Shown here piece by piece: positions 1 through 13,063 of a stretch of DNA of 64,000 bases. A program made the translations under genes and the position numbers. The DNA comes from Haliotis cracherodii (lineage: Eukaryota), in contig NW_027266275.1 of the NCBI RefSeq assembly GCF_022045235.1, positions 27,280,001-27,344,000 on the forward strand, written 5' to 3'. Positions within the stretch are counted from its first letter, which is position 1. Each line of letters opens with the position of its first letter. The notes beneath the pieces are model-generated. The model ran no database searches. It saw only the letters and a list, made by a program, of their open reading frames with translations, and had not been told where the DNA came from.

Positions 1-430
1 AAAGACAACAACAAAATGCGTTACAGTAAACGTGATTATTCACAGGTTCTCATTGAATGTACAATCAGAAGTAGTATTGACATGACTGGAATCTCTGGCT
101 TTTCCCAAAGGTTCTAAAATACAGAGGATACACCACTTTAAACGTGCAACTGTGGAATTACTTTGCACATCAGCTGTTTGTTGAAAACCTCGACAAGAAA
201 GAGGAGTACCTTGAACCAAATCAAAGCTGACATGCTTTTATAATGCATACACCGTTATAATCAACACCAGCGAGCGTCACATCGTTACACTAGACCATGT
301 GTCGGTGATAAACGCTGCTGAAAATGTTTGTAAAAGATTACTTCAATTGGTAAATACTACACGATGATACAGGGTAATATACACCCCACTATCGCAGCAG
401 TCAGTGGTGCACTACCTACCCGTGGCAAGT

Positions 431-678
431 GGTTTGCTTGTTTAACGCCGCACTCAGTAATATTGACGGCGGTCTGTAAATAACCGAGTCTGGACCAGAC
501 AATCCAGTGAGTGACATCATGAGCATCGATCTTCGGAATTGGGATATGATGACATGCATCAACTAAGTCAGCGAGCCTGAACACCCGATCCCGTTAGTCG
601 CCTCTTACAAGCAAAGTTCCCTTTTACGGCAAGCATGGGTTGCTGAAGACCTATTATAACCCGGATCTTCACGGGTCT
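431..678 (-). mobile_element. SINE family S1 (core resembles Nin-domain SINEs; AAAC tail)
   Basis: ~250-bp repeat with core CGTAAGAGGCGACTAA and 3' end GAATATTGCTGAGTGCGGCGTTAAAC. At least 11 copies occur in the window. Confidence 0.8.
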
Positions 679-2369
679 GCCGCAATTAAGTGTGCAGAGT
701 TGCGTCCCTTAGACGTGCCAGAACGTGTGGTTGCCCTGGTGTTTCTTGGTTTGTTGGCACCATTCCCTTGGGTTTCACCAAAGTGGTACACGTCCCAGAC
801 CTTCATTACTTCGGATTTCCCTCACGTATTTCCGACACGACGACATATAACCGAGTTAGATTGGCGTTCAGCCAAACTCATGAACAATTAATCAAATTGT
901 CAAATGGTCGCGCAGGTCGACTCTTATCCATCAAAGGCTCCGCTAGACGTTAGTTTAAATCCTGATTATGATTCTTTATTTGTGAACACCATATCACCGC
1001 CAAGCCGTGATGTAACTGCAATGTACGCCAAAATGGCATCAAACATTCACTGAAAGTAGGTCATGATTGTGATATATCAATGCCAGATCCTACTTAATGT
1101 TTCAACGTGCTTCACCATGTCGTTCACTCACAAGACATTTCATGTGTGCATTCCTGATTTAATACAACGTCTGAAAATATCCGTCATTTTTCAGACACTT
1201 AAACCTGTATCTATATGCTTTCATCCCTAATACCATCTAACCGCCTCCGTGGTCTGGTAGAAAGAGCTTCTGCCCAGGGAGCGGAATGTCCGGGGTTCGA
1301 TTCCCAGCGGCGTCATACCAAAGGATGGTACTTAATGTTACCTAGGCTGGAGCTGGGCATTAAAGGGCTCAAACAAGGTCTGGTCGGCTCGGAATCGGTA
1401 TACTTCTTTTCTGAGTTGAGTATTCATGTTAATTTGTGGCAGGGTATCTTAGTGGTCCGGCACTATAAAACCGGAATAGCACGCACGCACACGTTGAGGC
1501 AGTGTAACGTCAATATCAGGTTTACTATCAGAAGACATAACAGTGTGAATATACATGATTGGTATTATTACATACTGATATTAAGTATAAAGTGCCTTCT
1601 TAGACTTGGAGAGTGTACGCCTTTCTTATGTATTTTTTGTTTGTTCTTTTACTCCGCACTCAGCAATATTCCACCTATATTACGGCGGCCCGCAAACAAT
1701 CGTGTCTGGACCAGACAAACATGTGACTGATATTATGAACAACGACTCACGCCGTCAGTGTACGAGTTAACGTCATCTACAACGTCACTGATGCTGAGTA
1801 TCCTATCCAGGTGGCAGACCAGCATTTGTTGCTGGGGTCCTGTTTTAACCCCGTACGGAAATGGCAAGTATCTAAAACATGAGGCTGTCTTATTAAAATC
1901 TCGTTCCAACATGAAAAATGTAATATAACGATAAAGAATGTTCTCAAACTCAAAGGCCCTTACACATGTCATATGTCATACGAGATGAAACTTTTGGTTT
2001 AACGCCGTGTTCAGCGTTCCAGCTCTATGACAGCGGCAAAGGTGTAGACTTGGCTTTATAGGTTACTCACTCTGGTATGTCGGAACAGCAATGAACATAT
2101 ATCTTAGTGAGTGTCAAAGACGTATTGTCCACCAAATTGAGGGCGACATATTATTGTTGGCTAGAATTACTGAAAATGCCACCGCTAAGAGCAATGTAAT
2201 GTTTTAGCTAGAGATATAATTCCCACCATATAATGAATCATCTACTGATGTGTCTACTAAATAGAAGGAAATCATCTGACTAAAGATGACACAAACACGC
2301 CTTTCTGATCATGCGCACCACACGAGACAGGCTGGAGCCCGGCTAACTGATGCATCCAGGAACATTTTA

Positions 2370-2725
2370 CAGGCGTTTCGCTGTCTTGGGCTGATAAACA
2401 TTAATATCTGGTAAACGGAGAAATGAGGTTCTCTCAACTAGATCTCGCCTCGGGCATTAAGGTCTTAATGCATATGCCAAGACTCTCAATAAAGACTCAA
2501 ATTGTACAGTTGGTAATAAGCTTGAAAATGACAGGTCTCTCAAAGGCCTAAATAGTGACCTCTCACTGACTGGTCTATTATGTTCTAGGAATATCGTTCC
2601 CCTTGAAGTTTAGAATGTGATTCTTGATATGGCAAAGGTATGGCCATTTTTGTCTGCTTTTATAAAATTTTGAGAAAATTAGCAAACGCTGATTATGGGC
2701 AAGGGCCTAGTTGTGCGAACGCCTG
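2370..2725. mobile_element. Probable Tc1/mariner-type MITE
   Basis: TA|CAGGCGTT...AACGCCTG|TA with short imperfect TIRs. Confidence 0.45.
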
Positions 2726-2904
2726 TAAAACTTCCAGATCAGTCAGACAAAAAAGATGTTCTTTTTATAGCAATTACGAATCAGACACTAATTAATATGA
2801 GTAACATAATTAATAACATCGCTCACTAGAAGATCCAGATCCATATCAGTCAGTCAGAAAAAAGGATATTCTTTTTATAGTAATTACGAATCTGACACTA
2901 ATTA

Positions 2905-3169
2905 GTTTTGTTTGTTTGTTGTTTAACGCCGCACTCAGCAACAGTCCAGCTATATGACGGCGGTCTGTATATAATCGAGTCTGCACCAGACAATCTAGTG
3001 ATTGACACCATGAGCATCGATCCACGCAATTGGGATCAATGACATGTATCAACCAAGTCAGCGAGCCTGACCACCCGATCCCGTTAGTCGCCTCTGAGGA
3101 CAAGCCGAGTCGCTTTTTACAGCAAGCGTGGGTTGCTGAAGACCTACCATCCCCGGATCCGCACGGGTC
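2905..3169 (-). mobile_element. SINE S1 with 13-bp TSD
   Basis: TSD CTGACACTA[AT]TTA at 2892-2904 and 3170-3182. An empty-site duplicate lies at ~2740-2835. Confidence 0.85.
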
Positions 3170-3557
3170 CTGACACTATTTAATATGAGTAGCCAATAGC
3201 CAATAACATCGCCCACTAGAAGAATGAGAAACTGATAACATCGCTCGAAGTTGTAAATGAACCTGTGGCGGTTACATGTGTGAACCATACTTGATCAGTT
3301 GGCCGATCATTGAAAGGTAACAATAACGATGTTTCAAATAAATACTAAGGTAGCTTCTTGGATTGTTGTAGACTGTAATTGTCAGTCAAGACATGGATGG
3401 AGTCGATACTACGATAGTGGATGTGTTCTACGTTTTGTTCACCAGGATGGGTCGTAGCGAGGATGGATATTCGTGAACGATCATGCAGTCAATCTCTCTG
3501 ACGTTTTTCAACGTATGCTAAAAAGCTGAGTTTAAGATTAAATTGTCTAAATGATCA

Positions 3558-4131
3558 CAATCTCATTAAAATCAGATCTGAGTTCTCGCTGGCGCTAAAC
3601 AAAGATCTGAGGGCATCCCATTACGGGTCACGTCAGGACGACCTTTCGCGAACTTTGACCGACCACTGAAACGACTAACAAGAAGTCGACATCAGCCAAT
3701 TAGAAAGCAGCTTTCTCGAGCTATAAGGCACTCGTTTCAACCTGGCGACTTCCATTTCAGACTACGCTTGAAAAATATGTTGACACAGTTCTCGGTTAAA
3801 ATTTTGAAAACTGAACAAACGAACATTCCGGAATGTCTCACGAACTGTGCAACGCCTCCTCCGTTCAAATGTTTATCCCACGGAAACGAGAGATAGACGA
3901 TACTTTTGACGGAATCAGTCGTATGGGCCGTAACTGTCGTTCGGAATACCCCGTGTTAACCTTTTCGAGGTTGCATGATTAGAAAACACATTCCGACTGT
4001 CACTTTCATGATCTAGTAAGCGACGCTTTGATTGGTCGGATGAAAGGTCGTTCTGACGTCACCCGTAAGGGGATGTCCTCAGATCCTTGTTTAGCGATAG
4101 CGAGAACTATGATTTGATTTTAATGAGACTG
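3558..4131. mobile_element. Non-autonomous DNA transposon with ~90-bp TIRs and a 9-bp TSD (Mutator-like)
   Basis: CAATCTCATTAAAATC... and ...GATTTTAATGAGACTG, flanked by AAATGATCA at 3549-3557 and 4132-4140. Confidence 0.8.
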
Positions 4132-4170
4132 AAATGATCAGAAACAACGCTTTTGTATGTATTCGTTCAA

Positions 4171-4289
4171 GGGAATTCCCAGGGTTTTCCCCAGGATTGT
4201 GGAAGTAGTCCGTCAATGTTTACGTCATTTCAAGAATAAATTGTGTCGTTCATACGCTTAGAAACGTCAGTTTCGCGGTCACGTGACCG
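4171..4289. promoter_or_regulatory. Tandem kB sites plus a CLEAR/E-box palindrome
   Basis: GGGAATTCCC at 4171-4180, GGGTTTTCCC at 4182-4191 and CGGTCACGTGACCG at 4276-4289. Confidence 0.4.
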
Positions 4290-4425
4290 GCCTCTCTTCC
4301 AATGGAAAAGCTGTATATCGTGTAAACTTCAAATTTAAAAAATTATGACATGATAAATCCGAAATATTACTGAATGTGGCGATAAACAATATACACTCAC
4401 AAAATTTAGTGACGAACACATTTAA

Positions 4426-4945
4426 AGGGGCACTGTTCTAACGCCATTCCCCGGACTGGTTGTTGCCTTTGTTATTGTTTTTTCCCCCGTGAGTACCCGG
4501 ATGATACGCAACGCAACTGAGCGTGACCAGAGACTGGGCTACCGTCTGCAAGGACAGCTAAATAAACTTGGAGGCTGGAGGCAATATTTGTTTTACGCAT
4601 TTTTGCATAAACACTGATTGGTTGCAAGTCAAAATAGTGTAAACGAAAATCGCAAAATTACCAAGCAAGTGACTTATCAAAACTTCGTCACCATTACCGA
4701 TGGTACCCACAAAGATGCCTACATTTCCTTATTATCTCGAAAACTGTATTTCATTTTGTTGATCAATGTGACCATACGCTCTTATTACTACCGGTATCCA
4801 TAAAAGTGACTAATGCGCTTACGAATGGCGCAACAGAGGTCGCGAGCTAGTCTAGATTTCTGCTCTACATCCGGGTACTCACTGGGAAAAAACAATTACA
4901 AAGGCAACAACCAGTCCCGGGGAATTGCGTTAGATCAGTGCCCCT
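4426..4945. mobile_element. Non-autonomous Kolobok-like DNA transposon
   Basis: TTAA|AGGGGCACTG...CAGTGCCCCT|TTAA with ~80-bp TIRs. Confidence 0.8.
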
Positions 4946-6166
4946 TTAAATCTCCCCTCTATCCGTGTAATACACATTAATTACAGCCTGTGCCAGCAAT
5001 CCTTCTACAACGCACTGATAGCTCCACCTGTTATCAAACTGCCTTTGTTGACAAACCTGTCAGTACACATGTATCAGACCGGAAATATCGGTGACACACA
5101 CTCTGTGCACATTTTTAAATCCTATCTCAGCTGGTTCTATTTCTGTCCCTGACAATCCCGTCATCAGGCATACAACCACGTGTTTACATTATTAGCTATA
5201 CATGTTGACAATATTCCTTGTGTAGGGTGTCGTAATATTACAGATATACGGTTGCACACGCGACGTCACTCGTTTCCCCGACAACACATACTTGGATGCA
5301 CGTGCAAATTGATTGTTTTGTTTCAATATATGGAGGGAACAGCAGACGACAGTTTCCAATTGTGTTCAGGTAAATCGATCTGAATTTTTGCCAATTGATT
5401 ATTGTCTTGTCATTTGAGAAATCGCCCCATGATTGTCGTAAGATATGACTAAAAGGAGGATCGGTTGGCTCCAATTAATGTTGACCTGACTCACCTGGGA
5501 AAGGTGAGGGGAATTGGGGTTTAACGTCGCGTCGAAGATTATTGCACTTATATAGCGATGTGCAAACACGCGTGCGTGTGCGTGCGTGCGTGCGTGCTTG
5601 TACTAGTCCGGACTGATGCTGATTTATAGTGCTAGCTCACTGAGATACCATGCTGCAGTTTAACATGAATACCCCACTCAGACACAGTTCCGACCAGTCC
5701 TTGTTTTAGCCCCTTAATGCCGAGTGCCAGGCAGGGTAACAAGTACCATCTTTTAACGTCACTTGGTGTGACGCGTGTCGAACCCCGGCGCTTCCACCAC
5801 TAGACAAAGGATGTGGTCGCAAGTGTAGGAAAGAGAAAAACCTTGTTTAACATGTCAGATAAGTTGTATACCAGTGGGCCCCAAAACGCCCTTATCTGAC
5901 GTCCTTTTAGCTGTATAAACGTACTTGTTTATCAGTGGGTCAGTGAGATTTTAGAAAAGTGAAATATGCGGCAAACATGGGGAAACACGAGGTTTGTCTG
6001 TATTGAAGAATTAATTTCCTCTTTAATTTGTCAATCGATAAACCATGTTGGTCAGCGAAACAACAGAATGTTCTCCCTACATTCATGATCTATTTTGGAT
6101 AAAACAAACAAGTTATTTTAAGACCTCTACAACAACCAGGACAAAGTTTGCCGGATATATGTATAT

Positions 6167-6412
6167 TTGTTTGTTTGATGTTTAACGTCGTACTCAGCAG
6201 CAATATTCCAGCTACGGCCCGGCGGTCTGTAAACAAATCGAGTCTGCACCAGAAAAGCCAGTGATTGACATCATGAGCATCGATGTACGCAATTGGGATA
6301 AGATGACTCGCATCAACCAAGTCACCGAGACTGACCACCCGACCCCGTTAGTCGCCTCTTACGACATATGCATGGGTTCCTGAAGACCAATCCTAACCCG
6401 GATCTGCATGGG
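6167..6412 (-). mobile_element. SINE S1
   Basis: Colinear with the other S1 copies. Confidence 0.8.
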
Positions 6413-7147
6413 GAGGAAATAATAATAATAATAATAATAATGTGCACTCATAATGCGGTAGCCTCCATGTATCAGTTCATGCTCAAAGCGCAAATGACTG
6501 ACTGGTCTTGTGAGATCCCAGGTCCTTCGTAGTAAGTAAAGACCGCGTGCTACATATAAGTATTGTTTATGAAAGGTAAGTAATATTAATAACCATCGAA
6601 TTGCGTTGCTTACGTGCTACTTCATATAAACTACTGGGCTAAAGTAAGTATACACCCCTGTTTGATGGTGGCTTAAAATGAAACCAACAAGAAATGGTTA
6701 TTCGATGGAGATGTATTTGATACCGGTATCGATACCGAGTTGTGTTTTGGATCTTAGATTTGCAGTGTTTCGGCGACGGTTTTCAGCCAAGTAACGTTTT
6801 GTTACATTTTTGTAAATTTTCGGTCAAATCAAATTCCTTTTGCCCAGTAGTTGTATTACATTCAGACTGGTAGGTGTAGACATATTACCGGCGATATATA
6901 AAAATCATACAATATTCTCTTGGTGTTCAAAGTTTTGTTTATCCCTATTTATCATTATTGGCCATCAAATATAGAATTTTTCAATTATTTTCAGTCTGAA
7001 TACAACAATCTCGTTAGGTTAAAAAAAAAGTTACGAAGCTTTTCGGCTTTGAACGATACATGCCAGAAGCCAGTTAAGTAATCTGAGAAATTGAATGTAG
7101 TTTAATTATTAGCTGAACTATTACGCGTTGAGGATGTACTGCTCCTA

Positions 7148-7415
7148 TATTTAAGATATTAACGACTAGTGGGAGTTGTTTATCGTACAATAAACACTAC
7201 AGGGAGAATAAACCATGATAGGCGCAGCCCGAGTGGTTTATCCTCCCTGCAGTGTTTTATTGTACGATAATCAACGACCACGAGTCGATTATTTCTTTTA
7301 TGAGATATCAATATTATGTACACCCTCTTTAAGGATGTTACTAGAAAGTACAAGCTTTTAAACAGTGTTTTAATGTACGATAAACAACTCCCACTCGTCG
7401 TTTATTTCTTAAATA
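7148..7415. mobile_element. Palindromic non-autonomous element (internal ~140-bp hairpin plus terminal inverted repeats)
   Basis: GTGGGAGTTGTTTATCGTAC occurs once forward and twice inverted. The hairpin centre is AGGCGCAGCCCGAG. Confidence 0.7.
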
Positions 7416-7576
7416 AACCATACCTCGTTCTTGTTCTTGGTTATTTATCGCGTAGCTATCTTATATAAGATGTTAATATTCCCGGTGTGTAACCGCCAGT
7501 TCATAATCGCCATGAACATACCGCCCCATCACTTCCACTTGGATCTCTTTCACATACTTTTTTTCATCCGAGATGT

Positions 7577-7739
7577 GGGAGTGGTCGGGTAGCCTAGTGG
7601 TTAAAGCGTTCGCTCGTCACGCCTAAGAGCGGGTTCGATTCCGGACATGTGTACAACGTGTGAAGCCCATTTCTGGTGTCCCCCATCGTGATATTGCTGG
7701 AATATTGCTAAAAGCGGCGTAAGACACAATTAACTCACT
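7577..7739 (+). mobile_element. tRNA-derived SINE family S2 with 12-bp TSD
   Basis: Pol III A box TAGCCTAGTGG, B box GGTTCGATTCC, (ACTC)n tail and TSD CATCCGAGATGT. Other copies: 7914-8045(+), 22908-23035(-), 29080-29185(-), 35378-35457(-), 40430-40520(+), 48436-48590(-), 51905-52070(-), 52920-53060(-). Confidence 0.85.
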
Positions 7740-8654
7740 CATCCGAGATGTACTTCTCAACAAAACATGGACAAATACAATATATATATTAAAACAACAC
7801 CACCCAGCGAAGATTGAATTGCTGATGAAAATGTAGTTTCAATGTTACACAGGCGTGGGAGGTAACCGGTCAATCAGGATATTTAGTAATACTAGGGTTC
7901 TTTTCAAAACGGGTGGTGGGGCAGCCTAGCGGTTAAAGCGTTCGCTCGTCCCAACATAGGTACAATGTGTGAAGCCCATTTCTGGTGCCCCCCAAATGAT
8001 ATTGCTGGAATAACGCTAAATGCGGCGTAAAACCAAACTCTCTCACGCTTTTACAAACCGGGTTATGTAATGTTTAATATCTTTATATACAAAGAAATAC
8101 AGCTTGTCTAAAACAGAGCGCATGCATTAAAACACAGTTGTATTATTTATGTCACTGGCATCCATGCTGTTTCCAGGTCGTTAAGGTTGCAGGACGGTGA
8201 AGACTGCCGGTGTATCTGGGCCTAGTGTGGGGTGTACGTGAGTACTGGACGGGGTATGGCAGACGAGTGGCAACCTGTTTGTCAAGGTATTTACATATAG
8301 GAAGATAAACAATGAAAACTTAATCACTTAACTGAAACTTCATTTTGACCATAAATTGCAAATCAACATTTTAAATAATATATATTAACATATATACGGT
8401 AATACCATTGCATGTAAAGTTATAAGCCTCAGAGCTATGCTATAATATCACTGCACTTTGCTGCCCGAGTTGGTGAGATTGCCCAGACGTTAAACCTTTC
8501 GTTCGCTACGCGACAAATATGTGTTCGATTCCCCACACGGATAGTGAATATATCTCATGCATGAGTATCTTATTTTAATGCAGGCAATTTAATCAGAATA
8601 AAAGGTTTAGACAAACTGTAAATTATGTATTTATGTCGTTTACATTTCTTTTAG

Positions 8655-8878
8655 ATCCGTCTTGTTCACCCTCAGACGAGATCGAGGCCCTGCGCCTGGT
8701 CCCCGGGATCTGGGTGGTCATCGTGTGTCTGTCTGTGTGTCTGCTACTGATGCTGCTCGTCCTCGCGTGCTTCAGGGACGTGTGTTTAAACACTGAACTT
8801 AAGACCTGTCCAAGCAGACGACACAAACAGTTTATAGAGGACAAGACGTTTACAATCAATGACGCGGATTTTGTGTGA
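8655..8878 (+). CDS. Terminal exon of a single-pass membrane protein (TM plus short cytoplasmic tail); upstream exons not resolved, possibly a pseudogene
   Basis: Acceptor TTTCTTTTAG, then DPSCSPSDEIEALRLVPG-IWVVIVCLSVCLLLMLLVLACF-RDVC...NDADFV*. The candidate upstream exon 8177-8286 has an in-frame TAG. Confidence 0.45.
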
Positions 8879-9739
8879 AAGAATTTCAAACCGATGTTAT
8901 TTACGACACAACAGATTGGAATATTACGATATATTGCCGACTGTTACTATAGGCATTCTGTCCCCGGGCAGTGTTGATACGTGTTAAGGAGTTAGACGAG
9001 TTATTAAAATTATTTTTGAAATTTAAGCAGGAGGTTGGAAGTTTTCAAACGTCCCATGAGTTTACAACCTCGCGTGGAGATGAAGGTGGCGCCTGCATCA
9101 TGTGTTCGACACTTGAAACCATCCAGACCAGTAAACTCTCCACCGGGCACATCTGATATTGACGATGTTGAAACTTCTAATCTGGTACATGGTGAACGGA
9201 GGCTCAGAGAAACTCAGGTGGAATATCTCAAATCAGGGTGGGTGACACAGCTCTGACATGGCGGCTGATTTCAGAGACGAGTTGTGTGACTATTTTACAA
9301 CTGATGGACAGGTCTCGTGTCTCAGTGGGATATATAGTGTGAATAAATCAGTGTTACATACATGTGCACGACAATCATCATCCACTTCGACTGGTAGCTG
9401 GTCAATCCTGCCCAACTGGACTTGTTGACCGTATGCTGATCTTTCATCTGAGACTGCTCAACTTCTTAGAGAGCTGATCTGCTATATCTAGATCCCAAAC
9501 CATATTGTGTTGCCTTTCGCCGTGCCCTAGCTGCAATGGTACAACTGTAATTGAAGCAGTCTAGATTTCCACAGGTTCTGAATCTCCCATCCCATTGGGG
9601 CTCCTTTTCAATTTAAATGTAGTTGCTTGGCTCTATAAACGATATTTCTGTGTCTATGCTATTTCATGCATTGTGTTTAAAGATCACATTTAAGTGTTGT
9701 ATAAGTTACATACATGCTCTCAGATAGGATATTTTTCAT

Positions 9740-9975
9740 GTTCGTTGTTTAAGACTGCACTCAGCAATATTATTGCTATGTAACTTCGGTCTGTAAATTA
9801 TCGAGTCTGGACCAAACAATCCAGTGATTGACATCATGAACATCGATATACCCAATTGGGATACGATGACATGCATCAACAAAGTCAGCGAACCTAACCA
9901 CCTGATCCCGTTACATCCCACTTACTACAAGCATGGGTTGCTGAAGACCAATTCTAACCCGGATCTTTTCGGGCT
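9740..9975 (-). mobile_element. SINE S1 (predates the duplication; paralogue at 15556-15792)
   Basis: Present in both duplication copies. Confidence 0.8.
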
Positions 9976-11283
9976 TTCTTTGTGCATGTATGGATAATTG
10001 ACCGACCATTTGTTATTCTTGGTGAGGGGGATGAATTATGCTTCAGTCTGGCGGGGAAAAAACTGCCTGCCACAAAAAAATTTGTAACTTTCTTGCAATG
10101 TTTTTTTTACAAAAAATCAGGATCATAGTTTCAAATAAAAATATATCTGGTTTAGTAGCTTTAGGTTAACTATATCTAATATCGATACTAGCACACACAC
10201 ACACACACACACACACACTCTAACACACACACACACACACTCTAACACTAACGCACACACACACGAATATCAAATGGTCGGTCCATGATGATATGTGATA
10301 TATTATATAATTCTGTGAGAAACGTGATATTCTCTTTGCAATGATCACACCGCTTGATATTTCACTGCAGTTTGCATACATTGTTATACAAGAGCTACCT
10401 CCCCGTAAATTGTCTCCCTTTATCGTATGTGTCCGGCCTTTACACAAACTGTTGACTTCCTTTCTTTACCTTTGTACCTCGTTAATGTCACTTGTTTTTC
10501 GTTGGAAAATGTTTCCTTATAAACTGTAAATGTCTCATTTAACTCGTCAATAGTGACTGTTCGTTTCGCAAAGCGCCATGCTTGTCTCGTTGCTTTCAAG
10601 AATATTTTGATTTTGATTTTAAGTTGATTTTGTGTATAATCATATCCAAATGAATGATGAAGAATTTTAGTGACCTCAAATATTTTTTAATTCTTTTGTT
10701 TATATTTTTAAGATTTTGCAAACTCGGGACTACCTTTTGAGTCGCAAATATAAGGTTTTGTGAAACGACCATGCGTGTTAGGTAGGGAGAATTTACGTTT
10801 CACGGTTTTACATTTGTAATAAATCCGATACACAACTACACAAAAGTATTTAATAAATAGCATATTCCATGTGTCTCGTGAAATATTATGTTTCTCTCAT
10901 CGCCACTCGTTTTAGTGTAACACAGTGCCCCAATAAACAACGAGTGTGAGTGAGTTTGGTTTAACGCCGCTTAATGACCAGTATTCCAGTTATAATACGG
11001 CCTGTCGGTTTCATGCGGGTGGATACCCGGAGTAATGCAGGTCTTAGACGTTTACCACTTGGGAGAAACTCACGAATACGGGTATAATGATGGCAAACCT
11101 AAAATCATGATCCGGAATTCGAACCCATAGGTTCGATCATATGTTTCTATCAAGCCCAAGAACGCAACTCTGCACATCGAATTGCGGCGCCTAAGCGACA
11201 GTGCTCATCTCCCAACCAGTGACGTTTTTCCGGGCTTGACGGAAACAGCCGAACGTGAGATTGGATGGTGCTCACATTGTGAA

Positions 11284-11308
11284 TGACGTCACAGTAGTAA
11301 TGACGTCA
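11284..11308 (+). promoter_or_regulatory. Two full CRE palindromes (TGACGTCA) upstream of the coiled-coil gene, copy 1
   Basis: TGACGTCA at 11284-11291 and 11301-11308, ATTGG (reverse CCAAT) near 11260, and the first donor at 11474. Confidence 0.55.
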
Positions 11309-12147
11309 TAGAATGGTTCCATGACGACGTTCCTGATCCCAAAGCCATCTGTTCACATCACACTGTCTTTGTGTTCAGACGTACTTGGTGTTTCGTGTCA
11401 CGAAGATCAGAATTTGTTACTGTTGACGATTGTTTGATTATTCATCCCATAACTTCCAACAACTGCTGATGAGGTAAGCAAATCTATTTAATTTATTCAA
11501 GTTGACTTAATGTTTTTCCGCTACGAAATAAGTGTCGTTACATAGAAATACTTTGACTTTAGAGCTCAGCTGCATTTGCTGCCAAATCGCGATAATGCCT
11601 ACAAAAGTGTGCTGATATGAACTGGCAGTAAGCAAAGTACTTGTTCAAATTTCGAAAAGCTAAAAGACAAAATATTTATCAATCAACAGATGGCTTTGAA
11701 ACAACGAAAGCTACTGTCTCCCATCCTCGAGACGGAAGAGAGAGAGTCTTGTCCGCCAAGTCCAGGATCAACCAAACTACACCATGATTTACTCGGTAGG
11801 TCATCAACTGTTGGATTAGAAGTATTTTGATATCATGTGTGCCAATGGAATAACGAAACATAATTAGATTAGCTGGCATTCTAGATGTTGGTGAATGAAT
11901 AAGAAAACATGCAACTTTAAGGTTAACAGTTTCAGGTTGTAAGTTTTCGAATAACTTAGACTGTTTTGTGTAAGAGTCACCTAAATTGAACTGAAAGTAT
12001 TGTAGGTAGCGGATGTAGAATGTTTATCAATACATGGACATTCAGGAGGGACTTGCTGTTGCGTTCACTCCACTTCGTAACGTGCAGATGTGGAACTTGT
12101 TTCCCGAGGTTGTACACAATTCACGTCTTTGTTTTTCAGGTCAATAC

Positions 12148-13063
12148 ATGGATCTAAAATCACGAGTTGGAGACACGGAGGAGAGGTAAGCAGAATCATG
12201 TGTAGCCATCTCTTAGTTCACCAGTAGCCTGATTTATAAATAAGTCATAAATGCATATTATGAAGATCGAGAGATTAAACTGGGCCGCTTTATGACACAG
12301 CAAGCAGAATCATGAAATTTTATTGCTCTGCACAAAAATAAACAAATTTAACCGTCCTACAGGTATTTTGAGAAAATGTCACGGTATTTTCTCTATAATC
12401 AGTATTTTCTGATGCAATCTTTTTCTCTTCCTCAGCCTCCTAGATCAAATTCTCAAAGAAAATCAGAGGCTGCGCCAAATGAATGAGCGACAGAGCTGCG
12501 AGCTCCGACATGAACGTGAGCTAAGACTGAAGGCTCAAGAAGAAAGACGCGAGTTCCGTGTAGAATATCTCAACTACAAGCTCAGTTTAACAATGGAACA
12601 TGCGGAGCTGCAGGAAGTGAGGAAGACGATGGAGGAGCTCGCCAGCAGCTGGGAGAAGGAGAAGCAGGCGGAGGTGGAGCAGAGGAAGAAGTTGGAGGAA
12701 GAGCTTAGGAACCTCAGATCTTCCCTCCAGCTTGCAACCCTCCAGCCCAAGACTCTGCCTCTGACCTGTCAAACTCCAGGCAAGATTAAGGCAAGTTTCC
12801 CGACAATAGCTCCTCCAGCCCACCCAAAGAAGGCACACAGACCGTATACTGGATATACAAAAAGCAAAGTTCCATGCACGGTCCAGCCTGCACAAAACAG
12901 GGACACACCCTCTTCTTGTGGGGACAGCAAGCTGAAGACCACAACTGAACGCAAGGGCAATGTCACTCCTGGCATAGAACTCACGTCGAAGGACACCCAG
13001 AGAGGCCAAAGTGTTCCTAAACGGTCACTAAGATTCTCAAGAAGAGTTCGCCAATTGCATTAA
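12148..13063 (+). CDS. Uncharacterised coiled-coil protein with basic Pro-rich tail, 221 aa (duplicate copy 1)
   Basis: Exon 12140-12185 (ATG at 12148, MDLKSRVGDTEE, donor GTAAGC) splices in phase 2 to acceptor TTCCTCAG|12436 and joins the 194-aa ORF (E/R/K/L heptad-rich). A probable non-coding exon upstream ends at 11473 (GTAAGC). Confidence 0.75.

Noticed and set aside
357-584. Recurrent short ORFs such as MVRLADLVDACH... (also 6090, 52522, 60151)
   Set aside because: Translations of SINE S1 copies, not genes.
7577-7660. tRNA-like sequence with A and B boxes
   Set aside because: It is the head of a multi-copy SINE with a tail and TSD, and has no proper acceptor stem.
12587-13009. Minus-strand ORFs overlapping the coiled-coil gene (also 17952-18374 and 46950-47468)
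   Set aside because: Antisense shadows of the plus-strand coding sequences.
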